The notes beneath the pieces are model-generated. The model searched no databases. It saw nothing but the letters and a program-made list of their open reading frames with translations, and was not told where the DNA came from. Shown piece after piece: positions 19,285 through 28,601 of a stretch of 54,689 bases of DNA (positions are counted from its first letter, which is position 1; the number at the start of each line of letters is the position of its first letter). This DNA comes from Candidatus Zixiibacteriota bacterium (GTDB lineage Bacteria; Zixibacteria; MSB-5A5; UBA10806; 4484-95), in contig JBBIRK010000009.1 of the NCBI GenBank assembly GCA_037441845.1, positions 1-54,689 on the forward strand, written 5' to 3'. The position numbers were made by a program, and so were the translations under genes.

Positions 19285-19521
19285 GCGGATATCAACAAGG
19301 CGGAACGGATCGGGTGACGTGATCAGCGGATTTTGACGGCTGATTAAAAGTTCACCATGATGCGTATCTATGTTTTTTAAGAGGTGTTCGTCATTCGATG
19401 TTCCGAATATTATGAATATATTTCGGAGGAATCGATGATTTCGCGGCAGCCCATAGCTGCTGAGGTGAGCGGTTCCCGGTTCAGTAACCATTGATCCGAT
19501 TCCGCCTTGAAGTGATGCCGC
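19285..19521 (+). ncRNA. Candidate structured RNA of unknown family upstream of leuS
   Basis: Long closing stem (19285-19318 with 19484-19521, core CAAGGCGGAA-CGGATC / GATCCG-A-TTCCGCCTTG) enclosing several hairpins; G-U pairs favour the + strand. Confidence 0.5.
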
Positions 19522-19554
19522 CGAGCTGGATCCAGTTTGTCCAATCAAAATATC

Positions 19555-22035
19555 ATGAAGCAACAATCAGGCGCGCAGTACCCATTCGCCGCAATCGAGG
19601 AAAAATGGCGAAAGGTGTGGCAGGAAAAAAAGCTGCACGAAATCGATCTTGACGCCGCCCGGAAAAAACTCTATTGCCTGGTGATGTTCCCGTATCCATC
19701 GGGCGAAAAAATGCATATCGGGCAATGGTACAATTACGGTCCCACGGATACCTGGGCCCGCCTTAAAAGAATGCAGGGATACGACGTTTTTTTTCCGATC
19801 GGTTTTGACGCATTTGGTTTGCCGGCGGAGAATTATGCGATAAAACACGGAATCCATCCGGCCGTTTCCACCAAGGCGAACATCGATTTTTTCCGCGAAC
19901 AACTTCGGCAGATTGGCGGCATGTTCGATTCCCGCGCCGAATTGATCACCAGCGATCCGCTATACTATAAATGGACTCAGTGGATATTTCTCAAACTCTA
20001 TCACAACGGATTGGCTTACCGGAAAGAGGCTCCGGTCAATTGGTGTCCGAAATGCAATACGGTGCTGGCGAATGAACAAGCGCGCGACGGCAGATGCGAA
20101 CGTTGCGATTCGCTGGTGACCAGGAAAAATCTCGTGCAATGGTTTTTCAAGATCACCGTTTATGCCGACCGTCTGCTCGAAGGTCATAATCGAATCGATT
20201 GGCCGGAAAAGACGATAACGATGCAGAAAAATTGGATCGGCCGGTCGGAGGGAAGCGAAATCGTTTTTGTCGAGGAAAAGACGGGTTTGCCGCTGCCTGT
20301 ATTTACTACTCGAGCGGATACGCTTCTGGGAGTCACCTATCTGGTAATGGCGCCCGAACATTCTCTGGTGGATAAGATAACCGATACGTCTCGGATTGCC
20401 GAAGTAAACGATTATAGAATGAAGGCTCAACAGGCGACCGAGATCGATCGCTTATCGGTGGTCAGGGAGAAAACCGGTGTTTTCACCGGGGCTTATGCCA
20501 TAAATCCGATAAACAACGAGCGGATCCCTATCTGGATCGCCGATTACGTTTTAGCCACCTATGGCACCGGTGTGGTGATGGCAGTACCCGGTCATGATCA
20601 GAGAGATTGGGAATTTTCCCAAAAATACGGGCTGCCGATCCGTCAGGTGGTAAAGCCGCGCGACGGAGGATCGATAGATTTATCGCAAGGGGCATACGAG
20701 GAGTTCGGTTTGCTGATAAATTCCGGGGAATTCGACGGCCTTGACAGTCTGACGGCGATCGAAAAGATCAATGCCAAGCTGAGCGAAATCGGACGCGGAC
20801 GAAAGACCATTAGTTACCGGCTTCGCGATTGGCTGATTTCGCGACAGCGCTATTGGGGCGCGCCGATCCCGATGGTGTTTTGCGATAATTGCGGTGAGGT
20901 TCCGGTTCCCGAAAGTGAATTGCCTGTGCTTCTGCCCGAAATAAATGATTTTCGGCCGACTGAGACCGGGGAATCGCCGTTGGCGCGATCGCAATCGTTT
21001 CTTTATACTGATTGTCCGCGATGCAAGGCCAAAGCCAGACGGTCGACCGAGACCATGGACACTTTCGTCGATTCGTCGTGGTATTTTCTCCGCTATCTGA
21101 ATCCCCATCTTACCGATAAACCATGGGACGAAAAACGGGTCAAAAAATGGCTGCCGGTAGATTTTTATGTGGGCGGGGCGGAACACGCGGTGATGCATCT
21201 GATGTACGCCAGATTTATCGTAAAATGCCTTTACGATATGAAGTTGATTGATTTTGACGAACCGTTCATCAAGCTTCGCCATCAAGGAATAATCACCAAT
21301 AATGGGGCGAAAATTTCGAAATCGAGAGGGAACGTCATAAATCCCGATCGTTTTATCGAAAGGTATGGATCGGATACTTTCAGGTGCTATTTGATGTTCA
21401 TGGGTTCTTATTCTGATGGCGGCGATTGGGATGATTCCGGGATAAACGGAGTGGCCAGATTTCTCGGCAGGATTTATCGGTTGTTTGATAAATACGGCGA
21501 TAATGCAAGTCGTGGTATGGCATTATCATACAAATCCATAACAAGTTCCGACAACGAGTTAAAGTATTGCTTAAACCATACTATTGCAAAGGTGGCAGCC
21601 GATATCGAGTCGCTCGATTTCAATACGGCGATCGCCGCCATGATGGAATTCTTGAATGTGCTTTATAAAAGAGCCGAAACCGGCGATACCGGCGATCTAT
21701 TCGACTATGCTCTGGCGCAATATGTAAAGCTGTTGGCGCCGTTGGCGCCGCATTTGGCCGAGGAGCTATGGTCGCGAATCGGGAACAGCGATTCGGTTTT
21801 CAATTGCCGTTGGCCGGAGTTCTACAAAGAAGCTTTAATTTTGGAAATGATGACTATCGCGGTTCAGGTAAACGGTAAATTGCGAGGAACGGTTAAGGTG
21901 GCACGAACTATCTCGGAATCGGAGTTGTTGCGGGCCGCCAAGGCCAATGAACACGTCAGCAGGTATCTGGAAAACAAAGTTATAATCAAGGAAATAGTTG
22001 TTCCCGGAAAACTGGTTAACATCGTGGTTAAATAG
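19555..22035 (+). CDS. leuS: Leucine--tRNA ligase
   Basis: [69 protein letters not shown]; start 19555 (ATG) or 19537. Confidence 0.98.
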   Translation: MKQQSGAQYPFAAIEEKWRKVWQEKKLHEIDLDAARKKLYCLVMFPYPSGEKMHIGQWYNYGPTDTWARLKRMQGYDVFFPIGFDAFGLPAENYAIKHGIHPAVSTKANIDFFREQLRQIGGMFDSRAELITSDPLYYKWTQWIFLKLYHNGLAYRKEAPVNWCPKCNTVLANEQARDGRCERCDSLVTRKNLVQWFFKITVYADRLLEGHNRIDWPEKTITMQKNWIGRSEGSEIVFVEEKTGLPLPVFTTRADTLLGVTYLVMAPEHSLVDKITDTSRIAEVNDYRMKAQQATEIDRLSVVREKTGVFTGAYAINPINNERIPIWIADYVLATYGTGVVMAVPGHDQRDWEFSQKYGLPIRQVVKPRDGGSIDLSQGAYEEFGLLINSGEFDGLDSLTAIEKINAKLSEIGRGRKTISYRLRDWLISRQRYWGAPIPMVFCDNCGEVPVPESELPVLLPEINDFRPTETGESPLARSQSFLYTDCPRCKAKARRSTETMDTFVDSSWYFLRYLNPHLTDKPWDEKRVKKWLPVDFYVGGAEHAVMHLMYARFIVKCLYDMKLIDFDEPFIKLRHQGIITNNGAKISKSRGNVINPDRFIERYGSDTFRCYLMFMGSYSDGGDWDDSGINGVARFLGRIYRLFDKYGDNASRGMALSYKSITSSDNELKYCLNHTIAKVAADIESLDFNTAIAAMMEFLNVLYKRAETGDTGDLFDYALAQYVKLLAPLAPHLAEELWSRIGNSDSVFNCRWPEFYKEALILEMMTIAVQVNGKLRGTVKVARTISESELLRAAKANEHVSRYLENKVIIKEIVVPGKLVNIVVK

Positions 22036-22112
22036 GCGGAGGGAATATATAGAAATAAATAGCGGGCAATTATGATACATAATATATCTTATAGGACATA
22101 CCAGATTTTAGA

Positions 22113-24206
22113 TTAAATCGCCCAAAATTGTTTCTGCGCCAAATCCGGCCTAATCGGTATATTGTCTATCGCCGGCCATTTTTCCACCTCTATCCCGTTT
22201 TCCAAAACCCGTACCAACATAGATGAATTTTCTCCGTTGATCGCGGCATATTTGATTGTCAGCTCCAGTATTTTATCGATAATACAGATGGCTTTTTCGA
22301 CGGGCTTATTGGTGATGATCTTGCCCGATTTTACGGAAACAGTCAAACCTTCGGGAACGCTGAAATCGATCTCGAAATCGAGTTTCTTGATATCGACCGC
22401 GGCCGCCGGATCGATCCGGATATGAATCGAGCCATCTCGGCCGTAACCGTAAAAAATCTGCCTTAACTTGCGATCGGCCTTGTGCATTGTGGAGCCGGCC
22501 TTACGACAGTCGAAATATCCGGCGTTCTCCCATTCATAATAATGTGTGATTCTGCCATCGATTATAGGGTTGATGAAGTCAATCGGTTCGGTGAGGTGTG
22601 CCAGCACGAAACTCGAACGAATAGGTCTCGACAAAGCCTGGGGCACGGGTAGATTCAAGAGCGTATAAACGTTTTTCAAATGCGATCGATAGAGCTGATC
22701 GAACAAGTCGTTATCAGGGCTGTGATGCTCATCGCCAAACCACCAACACCAATCGGAACCCTCGGCGATAAGTATTTCCTTGAACGCCGTTCGATAATTG
22801 TCGTCCTTGGTCGTCGATTGTTCGAGTATCCGGCGGGCGTCATAAAGCAAGTCCCAAGCTTTGTTGTCTTCCTTATGACCTATCCATACTCTGAAATCAT
22901 GGTTGATCCAACTTCCGGCGTGCAGATGTTCAAGCGATACCGGATTCGGTTCTGAGGCGACCGCCTCGGAAAATGTCACCGTCTTTATCGTAGGATGCTC
23001 GGAAAGCCTCTTATAGAGCCGATTCAGAAAATCATGGCCGTCGTTCGGAAAATACTCCCACGCGTTTTCACCATCGAGAATGATACTGACGACCGCATCA
23101 CCTTTTCCTTTCTTATTCAGATTTGCCTCGATAGCCTCGAGCCTGGCGATAAAATCGGCGGCGGCATCGTCGGCCGGCATTCTCGAATAGACGAAGCCGA
23201 TTAGATCGGAAAGAGCATGATCACGGAAGAAAATGTTCAGACTTTTGCCGTTTACCGTGATCGCATACATGCGATATAGATCGCCGCTATTGATGAGTGA
23301 ATTATCGCCGACCTGCCGCAAGCCGCGACCGATGCTTTTGGCCAGGATTTCCTCGTCGGTGGCGATCCAGCTTATTCCTGAATCGGCCAGAATCGGAATG
23401 ATCTCTTCCGAGACCGAACCCTCGGAGGGCCACATTCCTTTCGGATAAAACCCGAAACGTTCATTGAAATAATCAATCGCCATCCGGACCTGCAGACGGG
23501 CGTCTTCCGGGTATCGAAAACGATTGGCGGGCAATTGCATTCCCGGTCGGGCGATGCGAGCCGATTCGGTATCGCAGAGAAGCGGCAGAATCGGATGGAA
23601 ATAGGGACTGACCGATAGCTCTATTTGTCCTTTTAGGGCGAGCTTCTTGTAGATCGGTATTATCTTGCGGATAATTTCGGCTTCGAACCCGAGTAAGCTG
23701 ATTTTATCCTGTTCGCTGAAATCCCTGCCTTTCGAAAACAAGGATTTTATCAACGGTTCTGTTCGGAATAGAGGATCCACCCAGCTGAGGTTTGACCATA
23801 CCTGCAGATCCCGCCAATCCGACTCGGCGAAGGCGGATATACCCTGAAAGCGTTTGCGGTACAGCTCTTCATACCTGGCGTAGGGAGCGATCATAGTGTC
23901 ATGGTTGGCTTTGAAAAATTCGGAAAGGATAACCGCCTTTTCGGAATCGGTCAACTTATCGGCCGGCTTTTTCGAGAGGGCAAGATGCGTGTCCACCGCC
24001 TCTCCCCTGCCGTATTCCTCGAGCTGTTCAAGCAAAGAGGGAACGACGTTGAAGGTTTGTTTTACCGAGGGATAATTTTCGAGAATGGCGGCCATGTCGT
24101 AGTAATCCTTAAGGCCGTGCAATCTCACCCAGGGCATTTCATAGCGGCCGCTTACCAAGTCCTTATAAAAAGGCTGGTGCATGTGCCATAGAAACGCCAG
24201 TTTCAT
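22113..24206 (-). CDS. Glycoside hydrolase family 57 (amylopullulanase-like)
   Basis: WHMHQP, MPWVRLH, HPILPLL, WPSEG, LDGENAWE, AEGSDWCWW. Confidence 0.95.
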   Translation of the reverse strand: MKLAFLWHMHQPFYKDLVSGRYEMPWVRLHGLKDYYDMAAILENYPSVKQTFNVVPSLLEQLEEYGRGEAVDTHLALSKKPADKLTDSEKAVILSEFFKANHDTMIAPYARYEELYRKRFQGISAFAESDWRDLQVWSNLSWVDPLFRTEPLIKSLFSKGRDFSEQDKISLLGFEAEIIRKIIPIYKKLALKGQIELSVSPYFHPILPLLCDTESARIARPGMQLPANRFRYPEDARLQVRMAIDYFNERFGFYPKGMWPSEGSVSEEIIPILADSGISWIATDEEILAKSIGRGLRQVGDNSLINSGDLYRMYAITVNGKSLNIFFRDHALSDLIGFVYSRMPADDAAADFIARLEAIEANLNKKGKGDAVVSIILDGENAWEYFPNDGHDFLNRLYKRLSEHPTIKTVTFSEAVASEPNPVSLEHLHAGSWINHDFRVWIGHKEDNKAWDLLYDARRILEQSTTKDDNYRTAFKEILIAEGSDWCWWFGDEHHSPDNDLFDQLYRSHLKNVYTLLNLPVPQALSRPIRSSFVLAHLTEPIDFINPIIDGRITHYYEWENAGYFDCRKAGSTMHKADRKLRQIFYGYGRDGSIHIRIDPAAAVDIKKLDFEIDFSVPEGLTVSVKSGKIITNKPVEKAICIIDKILELTIKYAAINGENSSMLVRVLENGIEVEKWPAIDNIPIRPDLAQKQFWAI

Positions 24207-24212
24207 GTATGA

Positions 24213-24908
24213 CTATCGTTTGGAGTATTCCAGCTCAGCGATTTTACGTCGCGCGACCGAATAATATTGGGAGCGGTTGTATTTATCGATTATCCGTTGG
24301 TAGGCCTCTATTGCTTTATCATATTGCGATGCCCTGGTGAAAGCCCTGCCCGCACCGGCCAGATATTCGGGCGATATGGTTTCGTCGTCGGCTGCCTCCG
24401 CGGCCTTTAAGAAATTTTCGCCGGCTCCGGCGAAGTCTCCCCTATTTTCGAGCGCAACCGCAAGGCCGGCATAAGAGGCGGCCAAAAGCATCTTATTATT
24501 GCCGTAATCGTCGCAGTATTTCCTGTAGTAAATGGCGGCGCTATCGAAATTGTTCTGGCGGGCGTAGATGTCGGCCAAAAGATAACAGGCGGTTGCCGCC
24601 ACTTCGGTTGAGCCGTAATCGTTGGCGAGAGTGCTGTAGTCTGCTATGGCAAGGGTAGTCTGCCCCATAGCAGTGGAAAGTTGCGCCTTCCCGAACAGTT
24701 CCACGGCTTCGGCGGCTCTCTTGCCTGACCAGTAGCTGACGATTAATAAGATAACTACGACAGCCAAAATTCCGCCGCCTCCGATCAGGAAATATTTTTT
24801 ATTATTTTTGACGTATTCGCTTGCTTTGAAAGCGGTGATTACGAGTTTATCCTGTTTTATTTGCGCTTTGGTGATTCGCTTTTCCGGATTCAAGACTTCC
24901 TCCTGCAT
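24213..24908 (-). CDS. Membrane-anchored TPR protein (YfgM-like)
   Basis: IKQDKL N-terminus, single TM helix, TPR helices. Confidence 0.8.
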   Translation of the reverse strand: MQEEVLNPEKRITKAQIKQDKLVITAFKASEYVKNNKKYFLIGGGGILAVVVILLIVSYWSGKRAAEAVELFGKAQLSTAMGQTTLAIADYSTLANDYGSTEVAATACYLLADIYARQNNFDSAAIYYRKYCDDYGNNKMLLAASYAGLAVALENRGDFAGAGENFLKAAEAADDETISPEYLAGAGRAFTRASQYDKAIEAYQRIIDKYNRSQYYSVARRKIAELEYSKR

Positions 24909-24971
24909 TTTCGGGAAAATATCGAGCGCCGGCTTTCCCGAAACCCGATGCCAACTGGATCAACGGTGGAC

Positions 24972-25000
24972 AATCTATATTTATATCGTAATCTTTTCAA
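24972..25000 (-). promoter_or_regulatory. Putative sigma70 promoter for the TPR-GH57 genes
   Basis: TTGAAA-N17-TAGATT on the minus strand. Confidence 0.45.
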
Positions 25001-25046
25001 GGGAAATTTAGCCGTATATCGACGCTATCGATAAAATTGCGTGAAG

Positions 25047-25080
25047 AAAAAACGGCGCCTCTCCGGGAAAAGGGGCGCCG
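25047..25080 (-). terminator. Rho-independent terminator
   Basis: Minus strand CGGCGCCCCT..AGAGGCGCCG hairpin followed by T6, just after the barrel gene stop. Confidence 0.8.
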
Positions 25081-25105
25081 GGCGGAATCGCCTGATTAAT
25101 CCTGT

Positions 25106-26494
25106 TTAAAACAGCATATTGATGGAAGCGTAAAGTTTCGAATACTCGAATTTCAACTTATCGGACCAAGATTGAGTGGTGGCTGCGAGCGTCCGATTCT
25201 GATCATATTCCGAAGATCCGAATTCATAGGAGAAATCGAACCATATTTTTTCGAACTTGAGGCCTGCTCCGAACGAGTAGATCTTGGTCTCGAAATCTTC
25301 TCCGTAGGTTACGGTCGACGAGAAATGCTGCAAGGTATCGATAGTGGAATCGGCATAGGCTATGGTTTTCGGATTTTTAGGAAGCAAGCGCAGATTTTTC
25401 AAACCGGCCCGCAGAGGTATTCGGGCGAATTTCGCGTCGAACACATATTCAGCACCTACGCGATATTGCGGGATATCCGCCCATGCCGGTTTATAAAGGG
25501 TGTCATCTTTCCAATGGGCGGCTTCGTAGGAGAATGAAATCTCGGTTTTCGAATATGGCTTGATATCGTAGTCGAAAGCAAGAGTCAGGTTATCTATCGG
25601 CTGGCCCGAGATACCGAATCCGTAGGATGCGGGTATTTTATTTTTAACGGTAACCCTGTCGAATATGCCATTGTCCTCGCCATAGGCGTTGATACGGGAA
25701 ATCATTAACAACGCTTCCTGTTTCAAGGTATAAGGGGTTCTGAAGACGAAACCGGCGGCAACCCGATCATAATTGAACATCACGCCCAAATCGAGATTCG
25801 CCCCGGAAAATCTGGATTTGTCCCTTAGATGCCGGGTGTCGGTGAGCAACGTCGTGTTGGTGTCAGGGAAATATTCGGTGTTGTAGTAGTCTTCCGTGTA
25901 TCCCCTAACATAGTAATTCAAGTTAAGGCCGAGGGTGACGTTTTCCTGGGGCTTTCCGGCGATCGCAAGATTCAGCGCGTCTATGGTATGATTTCTGACG
26001 TATTTGTCGGGCGAATTTGCATAAACCGGGTCTTCAAATTTAAGGTACGTATCATAAACGGTGCGGAAACCTCCGCCGACCCACCAATCTCGATTCATAT
26101 AGGTGAACGGGGCCACCGCTCCGGCCTGAATCAGTTTGGTATGATAGGCCTTATATTCCACACGATTGATAACGTAATCGTCGGTTTCCTGCCTGTATTT
26201 CAAATCGCCCAAACCCACGTGCTTATCGGCGGAATTGACGATTTCGACGGACATAAGAGATTTTCCCGTATAAGCCATGGTAGCCGGATTCAAGAACGAA
26301 GCGAAAGCGTCGTTGGCGACGGACATGAACGTGCCGCCCATCGCCCTCGATTTCGCGCCGAATCCGGAGCCGTTGAAATCGATGAACTGGGTGAAACCCA
26401 TGCCCTTATAGCCGTATTCCCTGCTTTGTTCTTGTGCCGAAGCCATTCCGGCAAACGCGGCCAGCGCCAGAATTGCCACGATCACCTTATTCAT
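25106..26494 (-). CDS. Outer membrane beta-barrel protein (FadL/OmpP1-PorV-like)
   Basis: Signal peptide, GFGAKSRAMGG..F..VANDA.A..LNPA motif, amphipathic strands, C-terminal Phe. Confidence 0.82.
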   Translation of the reverse strand: MNKVIVAILALAAFAGMASAQEQSREYGYKGMGFTQFIDFNGSGFGAKSRAMGGTFMSVANDAFASFLNPATMAYTGKSLMSVEIVNSADKHVGLGDLKYRQETDDYVINRVEYKAYHTKLIQAGAVAPFTYMNRDWWVGGGFRTVYDTYLKFEDPVYANSPDKYVRNHTIDALNLAIAGKPQENVTLGLNLNYYVRGYTEDYYNTEYFPDTNTTLLTDTRHLRDKSRFSGANLDLGVMFNYDRVAAGFVFRTPYTLKQEALLMISRINAYGEDNGIFDRVTVKNKIPASYGFGISGQPIDNLTLAFDYDIKPYSKTEISFSYEAAHWKDDTLYKPAWADIPQYRVGAEYVFDAKFARIPLRAGLKNLRLLPKNPKTIAYADSTIDTLQHFSSTVTYGEDFETKIYSFGAGLKFEKIWFDFSYEFGSSEYDQNRTLAATTQSWSDKLKFEYSKLYASINMLF

Positions 26495-26777
26495 CTTTTC
26501 CTCCCGATAAGATCAAAGTAAATATCTCTCGACATCGCAAACGGCTTCAGGATCGCCCATCGGCCGTTTCAAAAACCTGTGCAATTTAGTTTATCCGCCA
26601 TCGTTTGGCAAGCACTTTCAATAAAAAAGCCGAACGCGCATGAACTATACAATTCCCGCCCCTGAAAATTCCCTATCGATAAACGGAAATTCCTGAGATG
26701 AAATCGATTCATGGGAGCGAATTAAAGTCGATATGAATGCGGTAACAGCCGATTTTATGCGAAACGCATTTGGGGCG

Positions 26778-28601
26778 CTATTTTTTGCCAGCGCGCTCGG
26801 CGGCCTGATCGATATTGCGTTTGAGATTCGGATTATTCGGATATGCCTGTAATAGGGACTGCCACAACTCCTGGGCGGCCTTGTAATCACCCGCCTGATA
26901 TTTATCCATCGCCTCGAGGTAAATCCGCCAATGCTCGGGATTCTTTTTGATATCTTCGAGCGTTGTTTCACGGGCGGTTAGCTGCGAGAGCCTCGATTTC
27001 AGGTTTCGCGCACCTTCGAGACGAGGGTTAATGGCCAACGCAGAATCAGCGCTGGCGGCGGCCCGAGCGTAATTTTCCTGACTGAACAGTTGCAAGGCGT
27101 TATCGAGATGACGCGATGCCTCGAGCGATCTCAAAATCTGCCTTCTGCTCTCGAGAGCTTGAGTGTCATCGGGGTTGAGCCTTAAAATTTCCTCGATTAT
27201 CGCAAGGGCCCTCTGATTATCGCCGGCCGCGATCGTTTCGCGCAAAGTCATCCTCAAAGAGCCGACCCTTTCCGTCTTGATTTTGGCTATCGAGGAAAGT
27301 TTATCCGAGGCAGCCTTATTTTCCGGATCAAGAAGCAGTATGAATCTGTATTGCTCTTCAGCCTTCTCGTATTGGTTTTTGGCCAGATAATTGTCTCCCA
27401 GCTCAGCCTGTTTCGAGATGATTGAAGTTACGAATTGTCCGCCCGCCTGACGTCCGATGTCGAGTCGGACGCGTTCGAACAGATCGGCCGCTTTTTTCGA
27501 CGCCTCAGCATGCTGGTCTTCGAGTCCCAGAATTCGGTAATAACAATCAATGGCAGCCAGCAGCTCGTTTTTGTTCTCGAAATCGGCTGCCGCAGTCAAA
27601 AGACTGTCGATCTTTTTCTGGGTTTCAGCCTTACGATTTTTTTCGATCCGGCCGAGAGTCTCCTTAATGGAATTTTCCCTTTCTCTTGTCCTCTTCTGTT
27701 CAACCGAGGAACCGAACGCGAATATCAACGAAATCCGGTGTGAAGTTCCTAATTCATTCAGCGGCACGTAAGCATAGTCGAAACGCAACCCGGAATATGC
27801 CAATCCACCTCCGAATACGATTCTGTCGGCTTGGAAACCGGATCTGACGAATATAATTTTCGATATTCCCAATTCCGCTCCGGCAAAGATCTCACTCTTC
27901 CCCTTTTCGGTTTTTTGGAATTCGACATTTGCAGATCCGGAGACGGCTTGAGATAAATCTCGGCGGTATCCGAGGCCTGCTCTTAAGGCGTATGGAATCC
28001 GCTGTTCGGTTTGGTCTAACCTTATTCTTGGTCCCAAGATATCGGAGACTCTTAAACCAGCAGTTAAGCCTTTGATGAACGCCGGCTTGTAAGAAACGCC
28101 GAAATCGAGCCCGAAACCCGAGTCACGATAACGATCGATGTCGAACAAGATTCCCTTGACCGCTATGCCGACCGCTATCGGTCTAATAGGCAAAAAGCCA
28201 TAGGAAAGGCTTAGCTGATTCTGACGGCTCGAAAACGTCCCGTCCTCGCTGAAATCGGAACGGTAGCGGATGAATTGACCGCTGGCAAGATCGGCCAGAC
28301 CGATCCCGAAAACACCGGCCGATGTAGTGGGGAAAGCGACCGCGATATATTCGTAGCGGGTATCCATATATAATGCGGCATGAAAAAGTTGTATTTCCCC
28401 TCGATCCGTAAGCCCGAGTAACGCAGGATTCCAAAAGATCGCGGCCGTTCCACCGGATCCGGCCACGCCCGTTCCGCCCAAGCCGATTTCTCGGGCTCCT
28501 AAACCGAGCGTAAAAGGCGATCGATAGAATGTTTCCGCGTTCAATCGCGCCACGGCCGATATTATCAGCAATATGATTAACGCCCTTTTAACGATCACCA
28601 A
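26778..28601 (-). CDS. PorV/PorQ-like beta-barrel fused to C-terminal TPR domain
   Basis: Signal peptide, GLGAREIGLGG..A..WNPA, RFDYAY..LGTSHRISL barrel end, then coiled coil and TPRs; overlaps the stop of the giant gene. Confidence 0.82.
   Translation of the reverse strand: MVIVKRALIILLIISAVARLNAETFYRSPFTLGLGAREIGLGGTGVAGSGGTAAIFWNPALLGLTDRGEIQLFHAALYMDTRYEYIAVAFPTTSAGVFGIGLADLASGQFIRYRSDFSEDGTFSSRQNQLSLSYGFLPIRPIAVGIAVKGILFDIDRYRDSGFGLDFGVSYKPAFIKGLTAGLRVSDILGPRIRLDQTEQRIPYALRAGLGYRRDLSQAVSGSANVEFQKTEKGKSEIFAGAELGISKIIFVRSGFQADRIVFGGGLAYSGLRFDYAYVPLNELGTSHRISLIFAFGSSVEQKRTRERENSIKETLGRIEKNRKAETQKKIDSLLTAAADFENKNELLAAIDCYYRILGLEDQHAEASKKAADLFERVRLDIGRQAGGQFVTSIISKQAELGDNYLAKNQYEKAEEQYRFILLLDPENKAASDKLSSIAKIKTERVGSLRMTLRETIAAGDNQRALAIIEEILRLNPDDTQALESRRQILRSLEASRHLDNALQLFSQENYARAAASADSALAINPRLEGARNLKSRLSQLTARETTLEDIKKNPEHWRIYLEAMDKYQAGDYKAAQELWQSLLQAYPNNPNLKRNIDQAAERAGKK

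Noticed and set aside
19255..19554. T-box leader or SRP RNA upstream of leuS
   Set aside because: No GGTGGNACC T-box followed by a terminator and no SRP domain IV motif on either strand; kept as an unknown structured RNA instead
19129..19566. 145-aa minus-strand ORF
   Set aside because: Antisense to the bS22-like ORF, overlaps HU and leuS; its Phe-rich tail is just the complement of Lys/Arg codons
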